DNA of 64,000 bases from a virus (taxonomy: Duplodnaviria; Heunggongvirae; Uroviricota; Caudoviricetes). Positions 23,437 to 33,614 of the stretch are shown piece by piece. Made by a program: the position numbers and the translations under genes. Position 1 is the stretch's first letter. Every line of letters begins with the position of its first letter. The stretch is taken from the IMG/VR virus record IMGVR_UViG_2711768056_000005. One strand, written 5' to 3'. The notes beneath the pieces are model-generated. The model worked only from the letters and a program-made list of their open reading frames with translations. It was not told where the DNA came from and did no database searches.

Positions 23437-23568
23437 TGTAGATATTTCATTTATCGATAATCACATTTTTTCTCTTCAGTGCCTGTATGCTATACTCCTT
23501 CTTGATTGATTGGATGCGGAATACAAACCCGCTCTTTTGTGCAGCCTGGCTCCTTGCCAGGCTTTTTT

Positions 23569-23880
23569 TTATTTCATCATGGAAGCTGTTAATGCTTTAG
23601 ACCTTGCTGAACTGATTGAGAGGGCTTTGTCAACGTGCCCCAAAAATTCGCCAAACTCAGACATCACTTTGGCAAAACCGCGCCGTGCTTCTTCCTCGGT
23701 GGCATTCATCACGAAATGTTCAGCACTACGCATACTTTTGACAGGGAACGCAACGGATATTGAGTCAATATCAGGCATTCTATCGCTCAACTTTACAGTG
23801 ACAATGACGGCTGGCGACTGAATATTAGTGCTTACAGACAGCACTACATATTTTCCGTCGATGTTGAAATCCTTTCTCAT
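23569..23880 (-). CDS. cra: Cra-like protein
   Basis: 103 aa, immediately downstream of cre. Confidence 0.5.
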   Translation of the reverse strand: MRKDFNIDGKYVVLSVSTNIQSPAVIVTVKLSDRMPDIDSISVAFPVKSMRSAEHFVMNATEEEARRGFAKVMSEFGEFLGHVDKALSISSARSKALTASMMK

Positions 23881-23896
23881 ATGTCACCATAAATAT

Positions 23897-23913
23897 CAAA
23901 TAATTAGAGCAAT
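23897..23913 (-). promoter_or_regulatory. C1-operator-like element between cre and cra (14/17)
   Basis: Reverse complement ATTGCTCTAATTATTTG. Confidence 0.35.
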
Positions 23914-23930
23914 CTCTTATGCATTGACGG

Positions 23931-24962
23931 CTAATCACCATCTTCCAGCAGGCGCACCATTGCCCCCGTTTCACTATCCAGATTACGGATATAGTTCATG
24001 ACAATATTTACGTTGGTCCAGCCACCAGCTTGCATGATCTCCGGTATTGAAACTCCGGCGCGGGCCATATCTCGCGCAGCTCCGACACGGGCACTGTGTC
24101 CAGACCAAGCCAGGTACCTCTGGCCAGAGTCATCCTTAGCCCCGTAAATCAATCGGTGAGTTGCTTCAAAAATCCCTTCCAGGGCGCGAGTTGATAGCTG
24201 GCTGGTGGATGATGGCGAGGCAACACCATTTTTTCTGACCCGGCAAAACAAGTAGTTATTCGGATCATCAGCCACACCAGAGACAGAAATCCATCGCTCG
24301 ACCAGTTTAGTTACCCCCAGGCTAAGTGCCTTCTCTACACCTGCGGTGCTAACCAGCGTTTTCGTTCTGCCAATATGGATTAACATTCTCCCACCGTCAG
24401 TACGTGAGATATCTTTAACCCTGATCCTGGCAATTTCGGCTATACGTAACAGGGTGTTATAAGCAATCCCCAGAAATGCCAGATTACGTATATCCTGGCA
24501 GCGATCGCTATTTTCCATGAGTGAACGAACCTGGTCGAAATCAGTGCGTTCGAACGCTAGTGCCTGTTTTGCACGTTCACCGGCATCAACGTTTTCTTTT
24601 CGGATCCGTCGCATGACCAGTGAAACAGCATTGCTGTCACTTGGTCGTGGCAGACCGGACCGACGATGAAGCATATTTAGCTGGCCCAAATGTTGCTGGA
24701 TAGTTTTCACTGCCAGACCGCGCGCCTGAAGATATAGAAGATAATCGCGAACATCTTCAGGTTCTGCGGGAAACCACTTCCGGTTATTCAACTTGCACCA
24801 TGCCGCCCACGACCGGCAAACGGACAGAAGCATTTTCCAGGTATGCTCAGAAAACGCCTGGCGATCCCTGAACATGTCCATCAGGTTCTTGCGAACCTCA
24901 TCACTCGTTGCATCGACCGGTAATGCAGGCAAATTTTGGTGTACGGTCAGTAAATTGGACAT
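23931..24962 (-). CDS. cre: Cre tyrosine recombinase
   Basis: 343 aa; MSNLLTVHQNLPALPVDATSDEVRKNLMDMFRDRQAFSEHTWKMLLSVCRSWAAWCKLNNRKWFPAEPEDV...; near-identical to P1 Cre (differs around VASPSSTSQ). Confidence 0.98.
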   Translation of the reverse strand: MSNLLTVHQNLPALPVDATSDEVRKNLMDMFRDRQAFSEHTWKMLLSVCRSWAAWCKLNNRKWFPAEPEDVRDYLLYLQARGLAVKTIQQHLGQLNMLHRRSGLPRPSDSNAVSLVMRRIRKENVDAGERAKQALAFERTDFDQVRSLMENSDRCQDIRNLAFLGIAYNTLLRIAEIARIRVKDISRTDGGRMLIHIGRTKTLVSTAGVEKALSLGVTKLVERWISVSGVADDPNNYLFCRVRKNGVASPSSTSQLSTRALEGIFEATHRLIYGAKDDSGQRYLAWSGHSARVGAARDMARAGVSIPEIMQAGGWTNVNIVMNYIRNLDSETGAMVRLLEDGD

Positions 24963-24969
24963 TTAACAC

Positions 24970-25191
24970 TCAGATAATGGTTTTAAGTAAAGTGTACAGG
25001 ATCGGCTCTGCCTTTACCTGTTTATGGTTCTCGTCATAGAAACGCCAGCGACCGCGCGTGCGTTCTATTTTCTCTTCACCGCGCGATAATGACAGTTGAC
25101 AACTATCACGATCAAACCCTTTTGCCCGCCAGTAACCACGGTTTTTCTCAAGCTCAATATGAGTGGACACTTTAGCAGCTGAATATCCCAT
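24970..25191 (-). CDS. Hypothetical 73-aa ORF between loxP and cre
   Basis: ATG preceded by GAGGTG RBS; ends 7 bp before cre start; could alternatively be noncoding cre promoter region. Confidence 0.3.
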   Translation of the reverse strand: MGYSAAKVSTHIELEKNRGYWRAKGFDRDSCQLSLSRGEEKIERTRGRWRFYDENHKQVKAEPILYTLLKTII

Positions 25192-25380
25192 TTTTCACCT
25201 CTGATTGATTGGTGGTGCTAAGTGCGCTACGCGAAATCTGGAGCACTAACACTGCCAACATTTCGCAGATTTTACGTAGCGCAACCTTGATCAAATGATC
25301 AAGTGATCACTATTTGACCTGATAAGGTATTGAACTGTATGGATTTACAGGTAAATTGATCATGTTCAATAACCCTTAAG

Positions 25381-25414
25381 ATAACTTCGTATAATGTATG
25401 CTATACGAAGTTAT
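25381..25414. other. loxP site-specific recombination site
   Basis: Exact ATAACTTCGTATA-ATGTATGC-TATACGAAGTTAT. Confidence 0.99.
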
Positions 25415-25457
25415 TAGGTCTGAAGAGGAGTTTACGTCCAGCTGCGCATAAAAATCA

Positions 25458-25474
25458 AGAATTATTAGAGCAAT
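25458..25474 (-). promoter_or_regulatory. C1 operator (15/17)
   Basis: Reverse complement ATTGCTCTAATAATTCT. Confidence 0.55.
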
Positions 25475-25534
25475 AAATTTTGAGAGAAAAATCCCACTCC
25501 ACCAGCTAAAAACTGGATTGTTTTTCATAGTTGT

Positions 25535-25561
25535 TTGACAATTGCTCTAATAAATTATAGT
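25535..25561 (+). promoter_or_regulatory. Sigma-70-like promoter (TTGACA at 25535-25540) overlapped by C1 operator ATTGCTCTAATAAATTA (25541-25557), reading toward coi/c1
   Basis: TTGACA directly abutting 16/17 operator match. Confidence 0.6.
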
Positions 25562-25795
25562 TTTGCCGACGTTACGTAATACGACTTTGGATTCACTATT
25601 TAATGTGTCTTCAGCGTTGTAGAGCGGCTCAGAAGGAAATGAGCAAACAGGGAAACCTTATACAACGGCATTACAGCTATGCATTGCTCATCTTACACAC
25701 AGCGCAATGTTGTTAGATTACCCCAGCATGGATCATGGGTGAAACAGTAGGTCAGAGCTTCAGGCTCTGTGTTGTCAATACAGTGAGGCATAATT

Positions 25796-26005
25796 ATGGC
25801 TTTCATTCAACCAACCATCGACGACGTTAGACATTGCTCTAACGCTTTATCTGTAGACCCTGCCGAAACCGACGCTGCCCGCGCCATTGCTGAACACTAC
25901 TCAAAGATATCCAATCAGGAGTACCGCATCACCCAAGACGACCTGGATGACCTCACTGACACAATCGAATATCTCATGGCAACTAACCAGTTAGACTCAC
26001 AATAA
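25796..26005 (+). CDS. coi: Coi, C1 inactivator
   Basis: 69 aa, immediately upstream of c1. Confidence 0.75.
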   Translation: MAFIQPTIDDVRHCSNALSVDPAETDAARAIAEHYSKISNQEYRITQDDLDDLTDTIEYLMATNQLDSQ

Positions 26006-26021
26006 ATGCACTAATAAATCT
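26005..26021 (+). promoter_or_regulatory. C1-operator-like element between coi and c1 (14/17)
   Basis: AATGCACTAATAAATCT. Confidence 0.4.
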
Positions 26022-26115
26022 ATTATTTTTGTTTGATCCCTCTATAATATAGGTCAGTAATGACCGGTTTTCTCAGCCGGGCGTTATTGACCATGTCAAT
26101 TCTGGAGGAGGATCA

Positions 26116-26967
26116 ATGATAAATTATGTCTACGGCGAACAACTGTACCAGGAGTTCGTCAGCTTCAGGGATCTCTTTCTAAAAAAAGCCGTTGCACGCG
26201 CCCAACACGTTGATACAGCCAGCGACGGTCGTCCTGTACGCCCGGTTGTCGTTCTACCGTTCAAAGAAACTGACAGCATTCAGGCTGAAATTGATAAATG
26301 GACTTTAATGGCGCGGGAACTGGAACAGTACCCAGACCTCAATATCCCAAAGACTATTTTATATCCAGTGCCTAACATCCTTCGCGGTGTGCGCAAGGTT
26401 ACAACTTATCAGACAGAAGCTGTGAACAGCGTCAACATGACCGCTGGCCGCATTATTCATCTGATTGATAAGGACATTCGCATCCAAAAAAGCGCGGGGA
26501 TCAATGAGCACAGTGCGAAATACATAGAGAACCTGGAAGCAACAAAAGAGCTAATGAGGCAGTACCCGGAGGATGAAAAATTCCGTATGCGCGTACACGG
26601 CTTTAGCGAAACAATGCTGCGCGTCCACTACATTTCCAGTAGCCCTAACTACAATGATGGTAAATCAGTTAGTTACCATGTGCCACTGTGTGGCGTGTTT
26701 ATCTGCGATGAAACTCTCCGTGATGGAATTATCATCAACGGTGAATTCGAAAAAGCAAAATTTAGCCTTTATGACTCCATAGAACCGATCATCTGCGACC
26801 GCTGGCCGCAAGCAAAAATATATCGCCTGGCAGATATTGAAAATGTAAAAAAACAAATTGCCATCACTCGCGAAGAGAAAAAGGTTAAGTCAGCCGCATC
26901 AGTTACGCGCAGCCGTAAAACCAAGAAGGGGCAGCCAGTAAACGACAACCCCGAAAGCGCGCAATAA
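26116..26967 (+). CDS. c1: C1 master repressor of lysogeny
   Basis: 283 aa (P1 C1 length); AGGAGG RBS; near loxP/cre/coi. Confidence 0.93.
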   Translation: MINYVYGEQLYQEFVSFRDLFLKKAVARAQHVDTASDGRPVRPVVVLPFKETDSIQAEIDKWTLMARELEQYPDLNIPKTILYPVPNILRGVRKVTTYQTEAVNSVNMTAGRIIHLIDKDIRIQKSAGINEHSAKYIENLEATKELMRQYPEDEKFRMRVHGFSETMLRVHYISSSPNYNDGKSVSYHVPLCGVFICDETLRDGIIINGEFEKAKFSLYDSIEPIICDRWPQAKIYRLADIENVKKQIAITREEKKVKSAASVTRSRKTKKGQPVNDNPESAQ

Positions 26968-26968
26968 A

Positions 26969-26995
26969 TTATGCCCGGCATCAACCGGGCATTCT
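26969..26995. terminator. Hairpin between convergent c1 and ant-like gene (likely bidirectional terminator)
   Basis: ATGCCCGG-CATCAA-CCGGGCAT; T-rich flank on minus strand. Confidence 0.45.
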
Positions 26996-26999
26996 TCCA

Positions 27000-28118
27000 T
27001 TATTCAGCTGCCACCGGTTTTAACAAGCCAGCATCGAGCAGTTTACGCGTCAACCACTGCTGGCCTTTACCCGTTAATTGAGGCGTCAACCGTATCTGGT
27101 AGCCATCTTCATCATCCAGCACCACTTCTTTCACCGTGAAATACCCCGCGTTGATGTACTGCTGGAACGGCACATTTTTACGTCCACCGGACGCTATCAG
27201 GATGCCGTTCTCCCGTAACCAGACAAACAGCGCGTTTTGCTTAAGTCCAACAACCTTTGCAAAATTCCCAATCAGGATCCCTTTAGCTACTGATACCCGG
27301 TCGGCAAAATCGACTTTAGGAGCGGCGGCCACCAGCTGCTGATTTAGCTGGTGGGCTTTCTGTTCCAGAAGTTGCTTTTGTTCAGCCAGTTCGGCAGCCA
27401 GGCGTAGGGCTTCAGGAAGCGTCTGGGGGATTGCGATCGGTTGCTGTTCTTTTTGTCGGAAGTAGCTGTCTTCCAGTTTTTCAAAGAATGCCCATGCCTG
27501 ATCGGTTTCGAGCATTTTAGCGTGGCGGGCTGCGCCGCGTTCTGTCCAGAGGGTGAGTGAGCGAACATTGCGAGCAATTTTTACAGAGTAGTTTAAAGCT
27601 ACTCTGTGCTTCAACTCGCGCAATGATTCTCCTTCAACTTTGAAAAAGTGCTTCCCTTCAACAAAGCGTACTTTGTTCTCATGATGATTTTGGCGAATAC
27701 GGATTGTTTCTGTCCCATACCCTCTAGCAAGAGTCTCGGTTGTCACTACACGCACTCCCTGCCATTCCAGAACGGGAATTTCATCAGACTGATTCTGAAC
27801 AACCACCAGCTCCGATTCCTGAACTGAAGGTGCATGAATTTTTTCTGATTTAACGTTAGTTGCTTTCATTCTGTGTGCCTCCTTGCGTGCTTCGGCTGCG
27901 ACGGTTGCGTAATTCAGATGACCCTGTTCGAGCAGGTATTCGCGGATATCAGACAACAGGATACGGTGAACCGCGTTCTTGTCCTTTCTCCGGTAAAGTT
28001 GTTTGGTGATCATGAAGTAGTTGGCAATAACGCCTGGTATATCCCTGGTACTGATACAGGCAGTGTGCTGTTCAATTGCCTCGATCATCTCTTCACGGGT
28101 GACTAATGACGTTCTCAT
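27000..28118 (-). CDS. Antirepressor-like protein (ORF6N-type N-terminal domain plus KilAC C-terminal domain)
   Basis: 372 aa; central VLEWQGVRVVTTETLARGYGTETIRIRQNHHENKVRFVEGKHFF resembles ORF6N; C-terminal ...NALFVWLRENGILIASGGRKNVPFQQYINAGYF resembles KilAC; RBS AGGAGGGA. Confidence 0.7.
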   Translation of the reverse strand: MRTSLVTREEMIEAIEQHTACISTRDIPGVIANYFMITKQLYRRKDKNAVHRILLSDIREYLLEQGHLNYATVAAEARKEAHRMKATNVKSEKIHAPSVQESELVVVQNQSDEIPVLEWQGVRVVTTETLARGYGTETIRIRQNHHENKVRFVEGKHFFKVEGESLRELKHRVALNYSVKIARNVRSLTLWTERGAARHAKMLETDQAWAFFEKLEDSYFRQKEQQPIAIPQTLPEALRLAAELAEQKQLLEQKAHQLNQQLVAAAPKVDFADRVSVAKGILIGNFAKVVGLKQNALFVWLRENGILIASGGRKNVPFQQYINAGYFTVKEVVLDDEDGYQIRLTPQLTGKGQQWLTRKLLDAGLLKPVAAE

Positions 28119-28336
28119 AGTCCCTCCTGAGCAGAAGCGTTAACAGGGAGGCACCAGTAACTGAGAGAATTGCGTGAATCAGTGGAAAAACGGGCAGAGA
28201 AAATACATGGGGCGTCAGGAAGCTGAGAGCGGGCCTCATCTTCTGTTGGTGCAATAACGAAGTGATAGTGACGTTTTTGGCAGGAGTAAAAGCGCCAGAT
28301 AAATTCAGGATGAGTTGGGGTAGGGATAGTAGCCAT
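28115..28336 (-). CDS. Icd-like small protein (host cell-division inhibitor family candidate)
   Basis: 73 aa from ATG after AGGAGG RBS; motif YHFVIAPTEDEARSQL...IFSARFS resembles Icd/Ash-like proteins; translationally coupled to downstream antirepressor. Confidence 0.45.
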   Translation of the reverse strand: MATIPTPTHPEFIWRFYSCQKRHYHFVIAPTEDEARSQLPDAPCIFSARFSTDSRNSLSYWCLPVNASAQEGL

Positions 28337-28501
28337 ATTGGCAGCCTCCTTAGACGTTGGTATGTAACCACCGCAGAAGAGACCAATCTTGCTGGCGGTG
28401 GACTGTACGGAGTTGGCCTTACTGGCGTCCAAGGTAACCAGCCTACCCGAAGGTAGCCCCATACAGCCCACCATTGTAGAGGTGTGCGTGTACGCCGATA
28501 C

Positions 28502-28630
28502 AAAAAAAGACGCGAGCGGCGTCTGTATCGCCTTAGACTTAAGCGGGAGGCCAATCCCGGCACCCGTTTTAATGAGGTGCCTGATAAGCATAAACCGAAA
28601 ATGCCACAAGGCGCAAGAGGTCAGGTTCAA
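28502..28630 (-). ncRNA. Candidate C1-controlled small RNA (c4-like antisense RNA?) ending at intrinsic terminator
   Basis: Minus-strand hairpins GGCACC..GGTGCC and CGGGA..TCCCG followed by AGACGCCGCTCGCGTC + T7 terminator (plus 28501-28524); segment GGCCUCC complementary to AGGAGGCU RBS of the icd-like ORF. Confidence 0.3.
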
Positions 28631-28654
28631 TGTAACATCGGTAGCTAAAAAACA

Positions 28655-28671
28655 CAATTTATTAGAGCAAA
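28655..28671 (-). promoter_or_regulatory. C1 operator (15/17) upstream of the small-RNA/icd-like/ant-like operon
   Basis: Reverse complement TTTGCTCTAATAAATTG. Confidence 0.55.
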
Positions 28672-28674
28672 TAT

Positions 28675-30159
28675 TCATTCATTAAGCCATGCCAGAGCTT
28701 CATCAACCTGCGCTTCGTCTTCGACGCTAAGCACTTCATCCTGGGGAACATAATCCGCCAGCATAGCGAAACAATATGTATCCCAATGGTCTGGTGAGTG
28801 CAGGTTGAGTTTTTTCTTCATATCCTCCTTACTCATCACCTTCCATTGACCTGCGGAGTTAATCCCTACAGGGATTTTCGACGCTTCCTCAATAGTTTCA
28901 TTACCCTTATCCAGTCTCATACGACCAGATTTTACGGCCTCTGCGGCTTGAACATTGGCATAAGCACGTTTATCAAAGTACAGGCTCTTATCTTCACGGC
29001 TATGCATCTTTTTACCCCAGCGTATACGCTGTACGGTAATACCATAATACTCGTACATCAGATCCGCCGTTGCTTTACCCAGGCCATCGCCGTCTATCGC
29101 TATGGTGATATTGGGGAATCGCTCAGGATTACATTCTGCGAAAATTTTGGCGGCAAGCTGCGTTTCTGTAACGTCTGTGTATTCCAGCATTCGATAGTTG
29201 ATTACACGGCGTTTATTTCGCTGGCCGGACACCATCATGATATTGATAACGGACTTATCCCGTCCCGTACCACCAGCAACGTCCACACATGCAAGCCAGC
29301 CCCATCCTTTGGCAATCTTGACTTTCCGCCGCGTTGCACGTTCAACCTCATCACGTCCAAGAAGGAAGCCATCCTGTGATTTAGGGAATAGGCCGCGTAC
29401 CTTAATCATGTACATAGGGTTATCACGCCCGCCGTACTCCGCCAGCTTCATTTTGATAAATGCTGGCGTTACCAACGGTGATTCCTCACTGTTAAGCGTG
29501 ATCGCCGTATAAACGCCATCAGGGTTACCAGGACGCTTGGCCAGTTTATGGTGTGTATCGTAGAAATAGCCGCTTGGGCGTGTAGGCTGTGACAGCAATA
29601 AGATGCGGTTATCCTGTCCGGTAAGAGCACCGGTGATGATACCGAAAGCTCTATCACTGACACCGGAGGCTTCATCGATAATATACAGAAGATGATCTGC
29701 GTGTTCACCGGCGAGAGCTTCTTCACTTCCCAGACGAAAGCCCTTCGGTACTACAGTCCATACACCTTTACCAGTAATCTCATAGAAAGCGGTTTCTGTC
29801 AGAACAAAATAATCAGCAAGCCATGGGAAACGGCTGGTGGCAGTAGCCCAGTTTATCTTGATGTACTTGAATATACCGGTCATTACCTGCTGAATTTTGT
29901 TCGCAACGATAATGGCACAGGCACCTGGATACATGATTATGAACAACATGATCATGATAGAAGTCATGTCTGATTTCCCGGTACCGTGACCAGACGAAAC
30001 AGATGTCTTGCTACCCTGTTCCTGCACAGACTCAATAATCAGATCCTGCTGCCAGGTAGGTGTTTTGCCGAACAAAACATCAGCGGCAGCAATCCAGTCA
30101 TAACGATATAGCGCCACCAGCTCGCGCCAACGTGGATCCGTTACGCAACTTCTGGCCAT
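28675..30159 (-). CDS. pacB: Terminase large subunit PacB
   Basis: 494 aa; Walker A-like SGHGTGKSD, nuclease-domain acidic motifs ([22 protein letters not shown]). Confidence 0.93.
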   Translation of the reverse strand: MARSCVTDPRWRELVALYRYDWIAAADVLFGKTPTWQQDLIIESVQEQGSKTSVSSGHGTGKSDMTSIMIMLFIIMYPGACAIIVANKIQQVMTGIFKYIKINWATATSRFPWLADYFVLTETAFYEITGKGVWTVVPKGFRLGSEEALAGEHADHLLYIIDEASGVSDRAFGIITGALTGQDNRILLLSQPTRPSGYFYDTHHKLAKRPGNPDGVYTAITLNSEESPLVTPAFIKMKLAEYGGRDNPMYMIKVRGLFPKSQDGFLLGRDEVERATRRKVKIAKGWGWLACVDVAGGTGRDKSVINIMMVSGQRNKRRVINYRMLEYTDVTETQLAAKIFAECNPERFPNITIAIDGDGLGKATADLMYEYYGITVQRIRWGKKMHSREDKSLYFDKRAYANVQAAEAVKSGRMRLDKGNETIEEASKIPVGINSAGQWKVMSKEDMKKKLNLHSPDHWDTYCFAMLADYVPQDEVLSVEDEAQVDEALAWLNE

Positions 30160-31352
30160 TAATCATCATCCCCGTATAGCTTGCGGGTAACTTCTTCGTC
30201 TTCCTCCTCGTCTTCGTCCAGGTCTTGTTCCAGCCATGGGTCGTTTGATACACCTTCAGTATCAACATCTCCATAACCGCCTGTATCAACGATATCGGCG
30301 ATTTCTTCCCTACGCTGCTCAATCCACAATGCGGCATCGGCGCGGCGGTTGGCGGCCCGTTCTCGCGCAACTTTGTCCAGATCTTCAAGAGAAGGACCAC
30401 CGACGGCAGTTTGCCTTTCCTCATCATCGGTATTGGTCTTAGGAGCACGCAGATCGGCTTTGATTTGCTCCAGCATCAGGGGCGGCACTTTCCCGCCATG
30501 CGCCTCGATAAATTCAGCTGCTTCCAGCACTGACCAGTTATTTTCACGCTTTCGTTCGTATGCCAGCTTAACAATGCCAGCTTGCCCCATAGACAAAGCG
30601 TGCTTTTCCGCCTCCCGGCTTTCTTTTCGATAGTTATTCCGGATGCTGTAAATGGTGTTGATCAGACTGCTTATCTGCGCGGAACAGCTGTTTAGCATGC
30701 TCGCGATACGGTATTCAGGCGGAGTACCTTCATCATCGGCTTTTTGCTGATCGCGCATTTCCTGCACCAGGCGAATACACGTATCCCTGGCGTTCTCCAG
30801 CATAAGGAGATGAGAAAGAGACTTTTCCAGAAGAGTGGTTTCCAGAACATCGGCCCCGGACCGACGCAACATAGCGCGCGCGGCCTTCCGCGCTTCAACG
30901 TTATCTATCAGGTAATCGCCAGCTTCGAATTCAAAGCGTTCACCATCATCATCCAGGGTGTCGCGTTCCAGGCGATCACGCAAGGTCCGGTGGGCACGGG
31001 TGATCACGTCATGATCATCAGAACGATCATTTATGCGCTTATTTTGGCGCTTCGCATTCTCGACTGCGACACTGACAATGGCATTAACCCTTTGTTTTTC
31101 TGCTATTTCAGCCGCAATGTGATCACCGGAATGTTGATCATTAGAGTGATCAATGATCATGCTTTTTAGTGGCTTCCTGACTGGCTTATTTGGCTTGCGG
31201 CTGTCCGCTGTCCTGGTGTCTTCTTTGAAGGCACGGAGATAACGACGTGCGGTATTAGGGTTAAGATTAAACTCGGCGGCATACTGTGCGATGGTGTAAC
31301 CACCATCTCGCGCCAGGCGAGCAAAATTCTTCTTGTGATCGTCCCAGGTCAC
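30159..31352 (-). CDS. pacA: Terminase small subunit / pac-recognition protein PacA
   Basis: 397 aa; contains the pac site; highly acidic C-terminus; overlaps pacB start. Confidence 0.9.
   Translation of the reverse strand: MTWDDHKKNFARLARDGGYTIAQYAAEFNLNPNTARRYLRAFKEDTRTADSRKPNKPVRKPLKSMIIDHSNDQHSGDHIAAEIAEKQRVNAIVSVAVENAKRQNKRINDRSDDHDVITRAHRTLRDRLERDTLDDDGERFEFEAGDYLIDNVEARKAARAMLRRSGADVLETTLLEKSLSHLLMLENARDTCIRLVQEMRDQQKADDEGTPPEYRIASMLNSCSAQISSLINTIYSIRNNYRKESREAEKHALSMGQAGIVKLAYERKRENNWSVLEAAEFIEAHGGKVPPLMLEQIKADLRAPKTNTDDEERQTAVGGPSLEDLDKVARERAANRRADAALWIEQRREEIADIVDTGGYGDVDTEGVSNDPWLEQDLDEDEEEDEEVTRKLYGDDD
30970..31160. other. pac packaging-initiation site (two clusters of TGATCA/TGATCG hexamers carrying Dam GATC sites)
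   Basis: Hexamers at 30974, 31001, 31012, 31024 and at 31120, 31135, 31148, 31154 inside pacA. Confidence 0.85.
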
Positions 31353-31437
31353 TTATGCTTCCTTTCGTAAAAACTCTTTTTGACGCGAGGGTAACGAAAG
31401 TCACATGTCAAAAGGCCCGGAACGGGCAAGCAATCAA

Positions 31438-31890
31438 TCAGATACGTGCGGATGTGGCATTACCGTAATGACGGTGCTGACGGGCCACCTTATTGAAAAG
31501 TTGACGCGCCATTACCCAAGGCTGGTGCTCCCGGCGTTCCTTTTCGTCCTGCGTCATATAGAGTTCGTTCTGGAGTTTTTCATCAAACCGGCGCGGAGCG
31601 CGGCTGCGGCGAAAGAATTCAGGATTCAGAGAGTGGATCTGAAATCTACGTGGGCGTGTACTGTCATCAATCAAAACAGACGAATACTTAGACACAGCGA
31701 TAGCCTTTAAGCGCAGATAAACATCGCGCTTATCGACATCCAGATGCGGGTATTCCTTTTCAAGGATTGCTGCGAGTTCTTTCGCTGATAGAAGAGATTT
31801 AGTGCGGATCATGTAATCCGCAATCTCATACGATGTAATTCGTGAGTGATTTATTTCCATGAAGTGGCGTCCCTGCCAGTTAAGTAACAT
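31438..31890 (-). CDS. lpa: Lpa-like late promoter activator
   Basis: 150-aa ORF directly upstream of pacA with C1 operator in its promoter region. Confidence 0.65.
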   Translation of the reverse strand: MLLNWQGRHFMEINHSRITSYEIADYMIRTKSLLSAKELAAILEKEYPHLDVDKRDVYLRLKAIAVSKYSSVLIDDSTRPRRFQIHSLNPEFFRRSRAPRRFDEKLQNELYMTQDEKERREHQPWVMARQLFNKVARQHRHYGNATSARI

Positions 31891-31960
31891 CCTGTCACCT
31901 ACTGATTAGCCCATGTCAACTAATCAACGACGAATATAATACCCTCGATTAAAGAAATAG

Positions 31961-31977
31961 CAATACATTAGAGCAAT
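31961..31977 (-). promoter_or_regulatory. C1 operator upstream of lpa (14/17)
   Basis: Reverse complement ATTGCTCTAATGTATTG. Confidence 0.5.
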
Positions 31978-31978
31978 T

Positions 31979-33022
31979 TTATCTAACGCTCGACGAGTGA
32001 CTTGTGATAACGCCGACTCCAAGCGCGTAATCAAAGAACAATCGTTGATGCATCGCCAGCCTGCCGTGCGTCTTCTCCCAATTATCGCGGTCACGCTCAA
32101 TATCACGCTGGCATGACTGGCACAGAGGAATTGCGTAAATGTCATGCGCGCATAATCGACTATGACGAACGATATAAGGCGTAATGTGAGCGCCAGCTCC
32201 CGCAGCTCCACACCCACAGCATGGACGGGAAGCAACAAAGTCCATGTACTCAGGTAATTTTAGCGATTGCAGTTTTGGTATTTTGAAATGCGCCATGCCA
32301 GGGTCGGAGTCAACATCCACAGGGCATACTTTTGCACGCATCGGCGCGGCGCGTTCTTCCATCATCTGAACATATGCTGTAGCGCGATCGTCATACGGGC
32401 GAATATCCGCCTCTTTCAGAGGTCCGCTATCCTGCGTTGCAGCCCTCACCTTATTTATTGATATACGGCAGACTTCTTCCGGCATGAGGTGGATCATGTT
32501 GCGCATGAAAGCCCACCAGCACAGCTCCTGAATACTTAAATCATGACCATCAGAAAGGCCCATTTCCTGACGAGCGACATCCAGTATCCAGTTAACGCGA
32601 TTATTATGCAGCGTTTCTTTCAGCTCATTAAAACCACGCATCCGGTAATGATTATCGTGATGCCAGCACAACAACACCGCGCTGTTGTCTCGTTCAGCGT
32701 GGACAATATGGTTGTCACACCAGCTACGATCTGCGGCCTGGCATTGCCCCTCTTTCCTGCGCAACCACGCCACCAGCGCGTCAATTCCACCAATACGGCG
32801 AAACAGTTCATCGCTGTTAAAAAACGGCTGCAACGCCTCATTTGTTGCCATGGTTTGCTCGGTAACAACGAGGCCGTCTTCCATGTGCTCGATTAACTCA
32901 CGCGGCACCGGCTCCATAATAAATTTACGGCCAGCCTCCACCAGCTTTCTGACCTCCTGATCCACTTTGAACGTGGCGAGGCCAAGCTCTTTCTGTACAA
33001 ATGGAGTAATTACGGCTTTCAC
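31979..33022 (-). CDS. Cys-rich protein downstream of doc (DUF968-like; PdcB-like by position)
   Basis: 347 aa; C-terminal [13 protein letters not shown]...CAHD...CQSCQ cluster. Confidence 0.5.
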   Translation of the reverse strand: MKAVITPFVQKELGLATFKVDQEVRKLVEAGRKFIMEPVPRELIEHMEDGLVVTEQTMATNEALQPFFNSDELFRRIGGIDALVAWLRRKEGQCQAADRSWCDNHIVHAERDNSAVLLCWHHDNHYRMRGFNELKETLHNNRVNWILDVARQEMGLSDGHDLSIQELCWWAFMRNMIHLMPEEVCRISINKVRAATQDSGPLKEADIRPYDDRATAYVQMMEERAAPMRAKVCPVDVDSDPGMAHFKIPKLQSLKLPEYMDFVASRPCCGCGAAGAGAHITPYIVRHSRLCAHDIYAIPLCQSCQRDIERDRDNWEKTHGRLAMHQRLFFDYALGVGVITSHSSSVR

Positions 33023-33049
33023 ATCACACCTTTAATCACTGATTGGGCT

Positions 33050-33229
33050 TTATCTGCTGCCCGGCATTCTCTGTTTAAGCACAACCATTTCCTGACGGCA
33101 TAACACAGCAATAGCTGTCCTGGCACCAATTTGCTTACCAACCAGGTATTGCTTTACCTTGCGGCGACTCACGCCATCAAGAAGCATCTTTAACGCTTCA
33201 CGGGACAACTTGTTGTATTTGCGTGCCAT
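33050..33229 (-). CDS. Small basic protein downstream of doc (possible HTH)
   Basis: ORF 33050-33250; likely start MARKYNKLSREALKMLLDG. Confidence 0.35.
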   Translation of the reverse strand: MARKYNKLSREALKMLLDGVSRRKVKQYLVGKQIGARTAIAVLCRQEMVVLKQRMPGSR

Positions 33230-33233
33230 TAAT

Positions 33234-33614
33234 CTACTCCGCAGAACCATACAATCTACGTAACGTGTCGGCGACAGAAGATACAGATATCTCGCCAGTC
33301 GCAGCGCCTACGGTAAGGTCTGCCAGTTCAGGTGAATCAAATACCTGCACCCCGTTACGGCGTAGAAATAGCAGCGCACTGTTTAGCGCGGTACGCTTAT
33401 TGGCATCATTGAATATATGCCCTCTCGCTGTAGCCACCAGGTAGGTGGCGGAGACTTCGAAAAGGTCGGTGATCTCTTCGTAGGCAACTCTGGCCTGAAC
33501 TCTCCCGATAATGGCCTCTGCCCTACCCGGATCAGACATTCCCGGCAAGCCGCCGTAGCGGTTTATATTCGCATCATGAAGCGCAATAAGTTCTTCCGGT
33601 GATATATGCCTCAT
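33234..33614 (-). CDS. doc: Doc toxin (Fic-fold kinase) of the phd-doc addiction module
   Basis: 126 aa; [17 protein letters not shown]...[23 protein letters not shown]. Confidence 0.95.

Noticed and set aside
28115-28678. Extended 187-aa ORF continuing upstream of the Icd-like gene
   Set aside because: N-terminal extension overlaps the C1 operator, promoter and an intrinsic terminator and has no RBS; the internal ATG with AGGAGG is the credible start.
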